From a virus (Duplodnaviria; Caudoviricetes), in IMG/VR virus record IMGVR_UViG_3300035070_003276, positions 24,994 to 88,993 of that record: a DNA stretch of 64,000 nucleotides; one strand, 5' to 3'. Below, piece by piece: positions 1-8,384 of the stretch (its first letter is position 1; each line of letters begins with the position of its first letter). A program made the translations under genes and the position numbers. The notes under the pieces are model-generated. The model had not been told where the DNA came from, searched no databases, and saw only the letters and a list, made by a program, of their open reading frames with translations.

Positions 1-213
1 TTGTTTGAGTGTATTATTGCACAAAGGTTGATTGATTCAATTGATGGTATTGATGTTAGTGATACGATTCGTAGATACAATCCCCAAATTATAGCTGATA
101 AGAAACCTGGTAGAAACGAAAGAGTTATGTTACAATCACCTGATGGTGAAATGGAATTCGTAAAGTATAAAAAAGCAGAACGATTATTAAACAAAGGATA
201 TCAATTAGTATAA
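1..213 (+). CDS. 5'-truncated peptide-deformylase-like protein with a degenerate metal motif and a basic C-terminal tail
   Basis: ECIIAQRLIDSIDGI aligns with the deformylase xxxxQHExDHLxG motif but lacks both His and the Glu; tail KKPGRNERV...VKYKKA; the ORF probably starts before base 1. Confidence 0.45.
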   Translation: MFECIIAQRLIDSIDGIDVSDTIRRYNPQIIADKKPGRNERVMLQSPDGEMEFVKYKKAERLLNKGYQLV

Positions 214-461
214 TGGCAATACTCACATACACATCAGAAGAACCAACTAATAGAGAGGCAATGAGTGTATCATTTGATATGCCTGATGATATGAACATAT
301 ATGAATTTAAAATTATGTGTGTTCGCTTAGCAAGTTCTTTGGGATACCACCCATCTTCAATTAAAAATGCATTTGGAGAAACCGAAATCAGAACAAATTT
401 GGATAACGAATTAGCAGATTTAATTAATTCAATGAACGTAACAACTAGTTCGTTAGTATGA
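213..461 (+). CDS. hypothetical protein
   Basis: 82-aa ORF tightly packed with its neighbours (TAATG and ATGA overlaps). Confidence 0.75.
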   Translation: MAILTYTSEEPTNREAMSVSFDMPDDMNIYEFKIMCVRLASSLGYHPSSIKNAFGETEIRTNLDNELADLINSMNVTTSSLV

Positions 462-670
462 TAGATGATGTTATACTACATAAACTATTAACTTTAGAAG
501 TGATAGTTGAAACACTAATGGATACGTTAATAGAAAATGAATTAATAGATGTTGAAAAATTTGATGATTCTCTTGTGGAAAAAATAAAAGAGTTGGGCAG
601 TATATCAACTAAAACTAAAGATGAATTTGATTATTCACCTTTTCTAATGGGCCCAAAAGGAGAAGCCTAA
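458..670 (+). CDS. hypothetical acidic protein
   Basis: 70-aa ORF with an ATGA overlap with the upstream gene. Confidence 0.75.
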   Translation: MIDDVILHKLLTLEVIVETLMDTLIENELIDVEKFDDSLVEKIKELGSISTKTKDEFDYSPFLMGPKGEA

Positions 671-676
671 AATAAA

Positions 677-708
677 TTTGGAAAATTGAAATATTTTTCG
701 TATATTTA
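677..708 (+). promoter_or_regulatory. Bacteroidota primary-sigma-type promoter
   Basis: TTTG-N20-TATATTTA; the known consensus is TTTG-N19-21-TAnnTTTG. Confidence 0.6.
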
Positions 709-724
709 CATTATCTTTTATATT

Positions 725-988
725 ATGGAAATTTTATATATTATATTAGGAGTATCAATCATACTGAATATCTTTCTTTTTTGGAGAGGTATTCGTTTGG
801 TTACTCAAGTAGAACAATCTCAACTAAACGTTGTTAACACCAATTATAATACTCTACAAACATTGGAAACTATGTTAGATGAAATGAGGCAGTTGGATTT
901 AAAGGGTTCATTTGAATCCGATGATGAAGTGGGTGTAGTATTCTCAGAATTAAAAGATGTTATTAAAAAATATAAAGATAACATTTAA
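725..988 (+). CDS. small membrane-anchored coiled-coil protein
   Basis: N-terminal TM helix MEILYIILGVSIILNIFLFW; start moved from 686 to ATG 725 because 686-708 is promoter sequence. Confidence 0.75.
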   Translation: MEILYIILGVSIILNIFLFWRGIRLVTQVEQSQLNVVNTNYNTLQTLETMLDEMRQLDLKGSFESDDEVGVVFSELKDVIKKYKDNI

Positions 989-991
989 ATT

Positions 992-1717
992 ATGGCAAAA
1001 CCAAGAAAGAAGAAATCAAAAATATATTTTGGAACACCTGCGCAAGATGCTATTATCGAATACAATAATAGTAAAGACCCGCGTGAACGAAATCAGATAT
1101 ATAAAGAACGTATCAAATTTCCATTCGAAAAACTAGCTGAGAATATTATGAATACATTTAAGTTCTCATACTTTGATGTACCAAAGATTGATATTCAGAA
1201 TGAAGTAGTATCTGTATTGATACAAAAGATACATATGTATAAGCCTGATAAGGGTCGAGCTTTCTCATATTTTTCTATTGTTGCAAAGAATCATTTAATT
1301 CTACAAAACAATGGAAATTACAAACGTTATAAAAAAACAGCATTACTTTCTCAGATGCCGGAATCTTGGAACCCAGAAGATAACTTTCATGTTGACCAAC
1401 AAGGTTCAGAATTCAATGAATTTAAAGAATTAATGTTGGAGTATTGGGATAAAAACTTAACAAAGGTATTTAATAAGAAGAGAGATATTCAAATAGCAGA
1501 TGCTATTTTGGAGTTATTTCGAAGAAGTCAATACATAGAAAACTTTAATAAAAAGCATTTATACCTTCTTATTAGAGAAATGACTGATTGTAAAACTCAT
1601 TATATTACAAAAGTAGTTAACGTTATGAAAGAACATCAAAAACGAATGTTAAACGAATATTTGGATTACGGAGAGATATCAGATAATCCAAATGAAGATG
1701 AGTTCTTTTCCTATTAG
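992..1717 (+). CDS. phage sigma-factor-like protein (late sigma, T4 gp55-like)
   Basis: sigma70 region-2-like segment DIQNEVVSVLIQKIHMYKPDKGRAFSYFSIVAKN; size and context fit gp55-like factors. Confidence 0.7.
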   Translation: MAKPRKKKSKIYFGTPAQDAIIEYNNSKDPRERNQIYKERIKFPFEKLAENIMNTFKFSYFDVPKIDIQNEVVSVLIQKIHMYKPDKGRAFSYFSIVAKNHLILQNNGNYKRYKKTALLSQMPESWNPEDNFHVDQQGSEFNEFKELMLEYWDKNLTKVFNKKRDIQIADAILELFRRSQYIENFNKKHLYLLIREMTDCKTHYITKVVNVMKEHQKRMLNEYLDYGEISDNPNEDEFFSY

Positions 1718-1721
1718 TATA

Positions 1722-1729
1722 ATACTTAT
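1722..1729 (+). promoter_or_regulatory. putative late promoter ATA(T/C)TTAT
   Basis: ATACTTAT; same motif recurs in most intergenic gaps. Confidence 0.5.
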
Positions 1730-1830
1730 ATTTAGATAAATTAGGAAACACTACAAATCCTAAACAGTTTTATTAATCACTTTGGTTTTATTAATAAGTT
1801 ATAGTTACTTCACTAAAGAGTAATTATCTT

Positions 1831-3762
1831 ATGAAACGATTTTTATTAGGCCTGATACTAATGTTACCATTTGTGTCTTATGGTCAAAATGGGGCTAATG
1901 AAATACTTACAGCCCCTAACTCAAACTCTCCACATATACTTGTGGATACTCTATTTACGTTAGAGCAAGATATTTCGGTTGGTTATACTGAAATTTATTT
2001 ACACTACGCTAACCCAACCCCATCTGATATATTCTCAGCTGTTCAGTTCAGAATATTCTATGATGATGTTAAGTTTACAACCCCTGAGATTTATTGGGGA
2101 CCTACTGCTACTCCGATTACTGATAAGTATGGTTCTTACTTTGCTAATTCAGATTATGTAAACGTTATTGCATCTTATACAGGTAACAATAGTGGATTTG
2201 ATTGGGCAGATGGGGCAATGTTTAAATTACGATTATATCACACTACCGCATACGATGGTGTTGTAGATTCAATTGCAATAGCTGGCTCAACAACTTACAA
2301 TAACTTAGCAACTACAACTTCCGGATTAGATGTTCCATTAGCAATGCACAACTATGGTGGTAATTTCCAAATGGATATTTTGGAGTTCCCAATTATTGCA
2401 AGAAATGCAGATGGAACTCCTGCACAAGGTATGTGGTTTACTGCTCAAAAAAGATTAAAATCAGATGTTTCTGGTTTATGGACACCAATCTCAATGGATT
2501 CAACAAACTCAAATGGATTGTTCGTTGTACAAGACCAATTAGATACCGCATTTTGGCATCTGAGAGTTACTGCACAATCTGATACGATGAGTGATGGGTT
2601 TGCATTATCCGTAACTGATGCATATAAATTAGCAAACCAAGCTTCTCAACAAGATACACTTTCGGGAATCGAATGGTATGCTGGTGATATTAACGAAAGT
2701 AACGATGTAACCATTTCAGATGCATTCGCAATGTTTAATAGATTAGCATTACAATCTACAACGTGGACATCATTATTTAGTGGTGTAAACAACGTAGCAA
2801 TATTATGGCCAGATGAATACATATCAGCATTGGCTGCAACTACATCTCCAACTTGGACAAACACTCCGAGAGTTTACGTAATAGACACAATTGTAAACTC
2901 AATGGATTCACTTAAACCTTACATTTATGTAGTAGGTGATGCAACTACAACGGGTTACAACAACCCTGGTGTATTGGTTGCTAAGATGGCTGACCCCGGT
3001 ATTGGGACGGATTACATATTAGACCCAGCGGTATATCTTTCAAACAAACCTGATACTGTTGAATTTAGAATTCCTAAGTTAACAATGACGGTTGATAATA
3101 AAATGAGTGTACCTGTAACTCTCTACACATTTGGTAACCAATTAGGTGCTATCCAAATGGGTATTGAATTCGATACTACTATCTTTAGATTTGAATCAAT
3201 TGAAATGGGTGATGCAACTTCTAAATGGACATCAGTTCTATCGGTGGAGAAAGGAAAAGTATTTTGGGCAGGACATGAGGATAGATTAAACCCAGCATTG
3301 GTTGATGATATGACAACTCAGTTCACATTTAACTTTGAGGTAATTGACCCATTGGGTTGGAATCAATCACCATTAAAAATAGTTGAAAAAATGGCTGGTG
3401 ATAGATATGCACAAGATGTTAGTGTTAAACCTTCACCAAATGATGGTTCAGTTGTTAATAGAACTTCAATTGACCCTGAGTTAGACCTGATGATGAATGG
3501 ATTCAAAGTTTATCCAAATCCAACAACTGAATTTATGGGACATTGGGTTGTATTTGAATATCACACTTACTTAGAGGATGGTGATGTTAATGCAATCGTT
3601 TATGATATTAATGGTAGAGAGGCAATGAGATGGTCTGATAAGATTTATCAAAGTGGTTTCCAATTCCAAGGTTTCACAATGGAAAATTTACCAAACGGAA
3701 TGTATTTGGTAAGGTTGGTTACGCAAGATAGAGATAAAGTTTATAGAATTATTAAAAAGTAA
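1831..3762 (+). CDS. secreted T9SS cargo protein: cohesin-like, Ig/carboxypeptidase-regulatory-like, dockerin-like, second cohesin-like, T9SS type A C-terminal domain
   Basis: signal peptide MKRFLLGLILMLPFVSYG/Q; SAVQFRIFYD and GAIQMGIEFD cohesin-like strands; SVTDAYKL...AGDINESNDVTISDA dockerin-like pair; KVYPNPT...YDINGR...LPNGMYLVRL...RIIKK CTD. Confidence 0.8.
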   Translation: MKRFLLGLILMLPFVSYGQNGANEILTAPNSNSPHILVDTLFTLEQDISVGYTEIYLHYANPTPSDIFSAVQFRIFYDDVKFTTPEIYWGPTATPITDKYGSYFANSDYVNVIASYTGNNSGFDWADGAMFKLRLYHTTAYDGVVDSIAIAGSTTYNNLATTTSGLDVPLAMHNYGGNFQMDILEFPIIARNADGTPAQGMWFTAQKRLKSDVSGLWTPISMDSTNSNGLFVVQDQLDTAFWHLRVTAQSDTMSDGFALSVTDAYKLANQASQQDTLSGIEWYAGDINESNDVTISDAFAMFNRLALQSTTWTSLFSGVNNVAILWPDEYISALAATTSPTWTNTPRVYVIDTIVNSMDSLKPYIYVVGDATTTGYNNPGVLVAKMADPGIGTDYILDPAVYLSNKPDTVEFRIPKLTMTVDNKMSVPVTLYTFGNQLGAIQMGIEFDTTIFRFESIEMGDATSKWTSVLSVEKGKVFWAGHEDRLNPALVDDMTTQFTFNFEVIDPLGWNQSPLKIVEKMAGDRYAQDVSVKPSPNDGSVVNRTSIDPELDLMMNGFKVYPNPTTEFMGHWVVFEYHTYLEDGDVNAIVYDINGREAMRWSDKIYQSGFQFQGFTMENLPNGMYLVRLVTQDRDKVYRIIKK

Positions 3763-3774
3763 CATTAATTTATT

Positions 3775-4152
3775 ATGAAAGAAGAAATCAAAGAAGGGAT
3801 GTCCACTCTTAAAAAAGGTGTGATTGGATTGTTGGGAACATTAGTAGCAGGTGTGGGAACATTTGTAACTACTCAATTTAATTCATTATTGGGAATTGAA
3901 GAAGAATCAGAAACTCCAACTGAGATTGTAGTGCCGGTTGAAAACACACAACAACAAAATGTGAATGTAACTGGACCTGAAATCATCATTAACATTCCAC
4001 AACAACAAACACCAGCTCCTACTCGTACAATCATAAGAGAGACTGTTAAGGAAGTTCCTGCAGCGCCGATTGAAGTTGTAGAAGAGAAGCCAGAAACTCC
4101 AATGGAAAGAATGGCTAGACTAAAAAGAGAAAGAGCAGAAAAAAATAAATAA
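3775..4152 (+). CDS. single-TM protein with a Pro/Glu/Thr-rich stalk
   Basis: GVIGLLGTLVAGVGTFVTT hydrophobic helix followed by a low-complexity region. Confidence 0.75.
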   Translation: MKEEIKEGMSTLKKGVIGLLGTLVAGVGTFVTTQFNSLLGIEEESETPTEIVVPVENTQQQNVNVTGPEIIINIPQQQTPAPTRTIIRETVKEVPAAPIEVVEEKPETPMERMARLKRERAEKNK

Positions 4153-4154
4153 TT

Positions 4155-4895
4155 ATGAGAACGAGAAAAGATGTAATTTTAGAATGGACAGTAGCACCTT
4201 TGATGCTTATCCTTACCGCTTGTGCCTTAGTATTTGTAGGTACATTCGCAACCTCATGTTCTTCATCAGTTGGTGTGGTTCAATATCAAGCTGATTTTGA
4301 GAAGGCAGAACCCCTAAATACAATTCCACCATTTACAGGTGAGAAGCAAATTGTACAACTTTCGAAATTAAATGTAAATAAAGAACTATGGGAAATGTTT
4401 CCTGAGTTGAGAGATAAGAGAGTTGGTTTAGGTGTATCGAATCGTATTATCGAAAACTTTGAGATGACTCAAAGATTCAAATACGCTGAAGAAAAAGAAG
4501 CTATTCAAAACCAAATGTTAGATGCTTGGGAAGCCGAACTCAATGGAATGGGTGATGGGCAAACTGAGTTAAAGATGGAGGGCATTGCTTTACCTAAGTA
4601 TATCGTATATGCTGAGATTTATGATTTCGCAGTATCGTATGGTGAAAACTATAAACGGGGTAAATCAGAAATAACTAACACTACTATTATGGGTATCCAA
4701 ATCAGAATGGTCAATGTAGATAACTCACAATACATCGTAGCGAGTGGACAGGGAACTGCAACTCAGATAGGTGAGGGATTCTTCAAAAATCCACAAATGG
4801 GTTTTGATAATTCAACTGTTGGTATCGCTACCCAACGTGCGTTAGAGGTTGCTACGGTAAACCTTGTGAAACGTATGGAAAGTTATGGATGGTAA
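4155..4895 (+). CDS. CsgG/HfaB-family lipoprotein
   Basis: hydrophobic segment plus lipobox-like FATS/C; CsgG-like pattern LGVSNRIIENFEMTQRFKYAE...YIVYAEIYDF...GIQIRMVNVDNSQYI. Confidence 0.7.
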   Translation: MRTRKDVILEWTVAPLMLILTACALVFVGTFATSCSSSVGVVQYQADFEKAEPLNTIPPFTGEKQIVQLSKLNVNKELWEMFPELRDKRVGLGVSNRIIENFEMTQRFKYAEEKEAIQNQMLDAWEAELNGMGDGQTELKMEGIALPKYIVYAEIYDFAVSYGENYKRGKSEITNTTIMGIQIRMVNVDNSQYIVASGQGTATQIGEGFFKNPQMGFDNSTVGIATQRALEVATVNLVKRMESYGW

Positions 4896-6336
4896 GAAAT
4901 GGTTAATAGTATTATTACTTCTTATAGGGTTTAAGTCATTTGGGCAATCGTTCCAATACACTTATATTGACCCCTGTACTGGTGTTCCTAATACTGTAAC
5001 TATTTCACAACCTTCAGGTTCGGTAACTCTTTTTTACGCAGGACAATATCAGAATTTTACATCAACCCAACTTCAAGCCGGTGGTTATGAAGCTTGGGTT
5101 GCTTCTATTAATGCTGCATCCCCACCGGGTTCTAATCCTTGTGCTGGAAATGCTGGAGCCGTAAGTGGTTCTACTTCTGCATCGGTAGGTACGAACGTAT
5201 CAAATACCGTATCTAACATATCGGGTGCACTTGCCACATTGGGTTCTTCCACATCTGGTGGTTCCTCTGGTGGAATGGGTACATCTACCTCTTCATCTGG
5301 TAGTTCATCATCAACCTCTTCTTCAAACGATGGTGGTTCATCTTCTGGTAGTAGTGGTACCGATGGTGGTGATACTGGTGGAAGTGGTAGTGGCGATACT
5401 GGGGGTTCTGGTGGTTCTTCTGGTAGTGGAGATGGTGGTAGTGGTGATACTGGTGGAGGTTCTTCTGGTGGAGGTTCTGGTGGTTCTGGTGGTTCATCGG
5501 GTGGAGGTTCTACTGAGGGTGGTGTATCATCCGATGGTGGTAGTACAACTTCAGATGGGGATGGTGGCTCATCTAATGGTGGGGCAATTGGTGATAAAGA
5601 TATTGATGCAGAATCAGGTGGACAATCATCTGATTCCGAATCCGAAGATTCCGGTGGAAGTGGTGGTGGAAAGAAAAAGAAAAAAGGAGCAAGAGCAAGA
5701 AGGGGTTCGTTAATTGCATCGGGTGATATGGTAGTTGTTCGTAATGGTTCAGATTACAAAGAAAGTGGTAACGATAATCTTAAATTCAATATGGGGGTTA
5801 CTTGGGCAAATACTAACCAAACAATTACGGCTGGTGGGCTGTTAAATTATACAACGGGGCAAAATGAATTTTCTCTTACGGGATATGGTTCTTTTAAGAT
5901 TGAAGAATCAATGATTGTAGGGTCTAACTCATTCCTATACAATGTATCTCAACAAACTTGGTTCAATACGGGTAATGTAATGTATGCATTCAAACAAAAT
6001 AAGTATTTAACCACATTAATGGGAACTAACTTTTCAGTAGGTCAATTAGGTGATGAAACATTTTCAAATTGGGCAGCAAACATTGGTACATTTACTACCT
6101 TTAATGGTTATAAAGGATTTGCGATGAACTTAATGGGTATCGCAATGTACTCACCTTATACTTTCTTCTATGAAGGACAATGGTTCAAAGGAGGATTCCT
6201 TTTTGTACCTCTAACAAGTTTTGATTTTAATGTTACAAAAACTTTTAAATTTAATATATCTACCTCAACTGTATATTTAATGGGTGAGGGTATATTAAAC
6301 TTTCAACTAATGACTGGTACGAAGATGTTGTTATGA
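4885..6336 (+). CDS. secreted protein: small N-terminal domain, long Gly/Ser linker, C-terminal outer-membrane beta-barrel-like domain
   Basis: signal peptide ending SFG/Q; about 140 aa of G/S/D/T linker; about 200 aa of alternating hydrophobic and aromatic strands ending FQLMTGTKMLL. Confidence 0.65.
   Translation: MDGKKWLIVLLLLIGFKSFGQSFQYTYIDPCTGVPNTVTISQPSGSVTLFYAGQYQNFTSTQLQAGGYEAWVASINAASPPGSNPCAGNAGAVSGSTSASVGTNVSNTVSNISGALATLGSSTSGGSSGGMGTSTSSSGSSSSTSSSNDGGSSSGSSGTDGGDTGGSGSGDTGGSGGSSGSGDGGSGDTGGGSSGGGSGGSGGSSGGGSTEGGVSSDGGSTTSDGDGGSSNGGAIGDKDIDAESGGQSSDSESEDSGGSGGGKKKKKGARARRGSLIASGDMVVVRNGSDYKESGNDNLKFNMGVTWANTNQTITAGGLLNYTTGQNEFSLTGYGSFKIEESMIVGSNSFLYNVSQQTWFNTGNVMYAFKQNKYLTTLMGTNFSVGQLGDETFSNWAANIGTFTTFNGYKGFAMNLMGIAMYSPYTFFYEGQWFKGGFLFVPLTSFDFNVTKTFKFNISTSTVYLMGEGILNFQLMTGTKMLL
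5242..5670 (+). repeat. GGT/TCT-rich low-complexity tract encoding a Gly/Ser linker
   Basis: repeated ggtggttct and ggtagtggt codons; imperfect, without a fixed period. Confidence 0.85.
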
Positions 6337-7532
6337 TACGATGGTTAAAATTCTTTTTGGTATTTCCGTTGGGGTTGTTTTCACAAAATGTAACCTTTGC
6401 AACTGTTGGTATCCAAGATATGAGTGGCATTGATGTAACAATCATTCATACTCAACCTGGTGGTACAATTGGTAGTATATCTCAAATGACAAGTGGTATT
6501 CCGACAGATAGAGGACAGGGAACTACAACCATATTCGCATCAGCTAATTCGGACCAAGGTTCAGTTATAGTAAACTTTCCAAATGGATATGAACCCGAAA
6601 TTGGTGGTACATCTTATTCCACCGGTAAACTTCATGCTAATGCTTGGTTAGCTTTTCCAACTACAAACTATAATAGTTTCGCTAGTTCAGCATCTGCACC
6701 AAATGTACCTACACTTCACTTTACTTCGGTAAACAATGGTAGTACCGATAACAATATGTCTCACGTTTCTACTGAGACTTATAATGACCCATCATTAGGT
6801 GATGTATTTAGAATTAGGTATGAGGGAAGTTATAGGTATAATGTGAGTGGTATCAATACAAAGATAGACTTATACTTTGCAAAGAATAACAACAAAGAAA
6901 TCTTAGTGGTACTTAGACAATTTTTGGCAGATGGTTCAAATCAAGAACAAATCGGATTATCAAATGGTAGTAGTTGGTTAGCATCTAACATTATCTCATC
7001 TACATCATATTCAAACGGAAACGCTTGGTCAATCGATAATACTGTATTGGTTGGTGTAAGGGATACTTTAACAACACAAACCACAACATCAACCGGTATG
7101 TTAAATTTTAACAATCCAAATAACTACGATTATGAAGTGATAGTGGATGTGAGTAATATGAACAATATACTTACTGAATCTGAAATGAATTACTTAATGT
7201 ATCTAAGAATGTTCCCAAATGAAATTACATCTTGGGATTATCATACGATGAACTTCTACACATTAGATAGTTCAGATATTACAACTTATTCGGATGTATT
7301 CTCTGCATATCAACTATACAAATTGGGACAGAACTTTGGATACACTTATAATAACAATTGGGTATATTCACAATCGGAAAAAGATGATATAGAATCAAAT
7401 GCAAATAGTTTAATTTATCATTTAAAGTATCCAAAAGAATCAATCAGAACATTTAACAATCTCAATAGGTTTTATATCGTTTCTTTGGGTAAACACCGAA
7501 GAACAACTAATACAAAAACAATAACACAATGA
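6333..7532 (+). CDS. secreted protein with a degenerate dockerin-like C-terminal region
   Basis: signal peptide ending GLFS/Q; ATGA-coupled on both sides; LTESEMNYL...DSSDITTYSDVFSAYQL parallels the dockerin-like region of the gene at 1831. Confidence 0.65.
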   Translation: MIRWLKFFLVFPLGLFSQNVTFATVGIQDMSGIDVTIIHTQPGGTIGSISQMTSGIPTDRGQGTTTIFASANSDQGSVIVNFPNGYEPEIGGTSYSTGKLHANAWLAFPTTNYNSFASSASAPNVPTLHFTSVNNGSTDNNMSHVSTETYNDPSLGDVFRIRYEGSYRYNVSGINTKIDLYFAKNNNKEILVVLRQFLADGSNQEQIGLSNGSSWLASNIISSTSYSNGNAWSIDNTVLVGVRDTLTTQTTTSTGMLNFNNPNNYDYEVIVDVSNMNNILTESEMNYLMYLRMFPNEITSWDYHTMNFYTLDSSDITTYSDVFSAYQLYKLGQNFGYTYNNNWVYSQSEKDDIESNANSLIYHLKYPKESIRTFNNLNRFYIVSLGKHRRTTNTKTITQ

Positions 7533-7927
7533 ATCCAATCGTATGCTATTTCGTAGCAAGTGTAATCTCACTTGCATCTCTAAAGGATATTCCTGAAGAA
7601 AAGTTCACTTTCGGTGTAAGACAAATCACCGAAGAAATCGTAGGACAAGACCAACCATTATGTCCTGATGGTTCACCAATCTATGTTACAGTAGAATCAA
7701 TCAAAGCACCAACCAAAGGAATCCAAATCGGACCATTTAAGTTCAAACAAAAGAAAACTTTGGTAACGGTAAACGTTGTAAAAGATGGAGTTGAATCAAT
7801 AGGTGTAGGTTCGGCTAAAATGAATGTATCTGCAACACTTTTACAATTGCAAGATGAGAACTTACCATTCGAACAAACGGAATTTTCAGTTGCAATGAAA
7901 AAGGCAATTGAGGATGCGATGGATTAG
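7529..7927 (+). CDS. small alpha/beta protein, possibly a truncated CsgG-like fold
   Basis: FGVRQITEEIV...IYVTVESI...LVTVNV...FSVAMKKAIEDAM echoes the layout of the protein at 4155; ATGA-coupled. Confidence 0.55.
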   Translation: MNPIVCYFVASVISLASLKDIPEEKFTFGVRQITEEIVGQDQPLCPDGSPIYVTVESIKAPTKGIQIGPFKFKQKKTLVTVNVVKDGVESIGVGSAKMNVSATLLQLQDENLPFEQTEFSVAMKKAIEDAMD

Positions 7928-7954
7928 ATACATCCGTTACTTTTTAGTTTATTG

Positions 7955-7962
7955 ATATTTAT
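7955..7962 (+). promoter_or_regulatory. putative late promoter
   Basis: ATATTTAT, 25 nt upstream of ATG 7988. Confidence 0.55.
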
Positions 7963-7987
7963 ATATTGAATACAATATCAATATGCT

Positions 7988-8383
7988 ATGTCAAATGATT
8001 TCGAAATATTTCCTGGTAAAAGTTTAAGTGGACTTTTTGAGGATATCTACAATAATCAAATTAATAAAAAGAGGCACATCTCTGAGGTAATTGCTGAACT
8101 ACGTAAGTTAGTTCGTAATCCAAATGATATGAGATACATAGGTCCTCTTATTAAAGATTTAATTGATACATCTGTTCGTAACGATGAATCATTAATTAAA
8201 CTTGCTACAATAGCTCAACGAATTATGATTGCTGGGACTAGAAGCGAAGGTGAAGAAGGTTACTTATCTGAAGCAGAGCGAGAGCAATTACTTTCTCAAA
8301 TCGATGAAGTTCAAATGGAAGTTCAACGAATGGATGATATGCAAAATGAAATCGAAGAGGTAAAGCAAAAATTAGAAAAGTAA
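7988..8383 (+). CDS. hypothetical helical/coiled-coil protein
   Basis: 131-aa ORF heading the baseplate block. Confidence 0.8.
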   Translation: MSNDFEIFPGKSLSGLFEDIYNNQINKKRHISEVIAELRKLVRNPNDMRYIGPLIKDLIDTSVRNDESLIKLATIAQRIMIAGTRSEGEEGYLSEAEREQLLSQIDEVQMEVQRMDDMQNEIEEVKQKLEK

Positions 8384-8384
8384 A

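Noticed and set aside
1718-1830. Small RNA in the gap after the sigma gene (TTAGGA...TCCTAA stem, duplicated TTTTATTAAT)
   Set aside because: The stems are short and AT-rich, with no tRNA or known ncRNA hallmark
5225-5713. Alternative-frame ORFs over the Gly/Ser tract (5225-5713 plus strand, 5285-5497 minus strand)
   Set aside because: These are shadow frames of GGT/TCT codons that give Val/Leu- or His/Gln-rich nonsense
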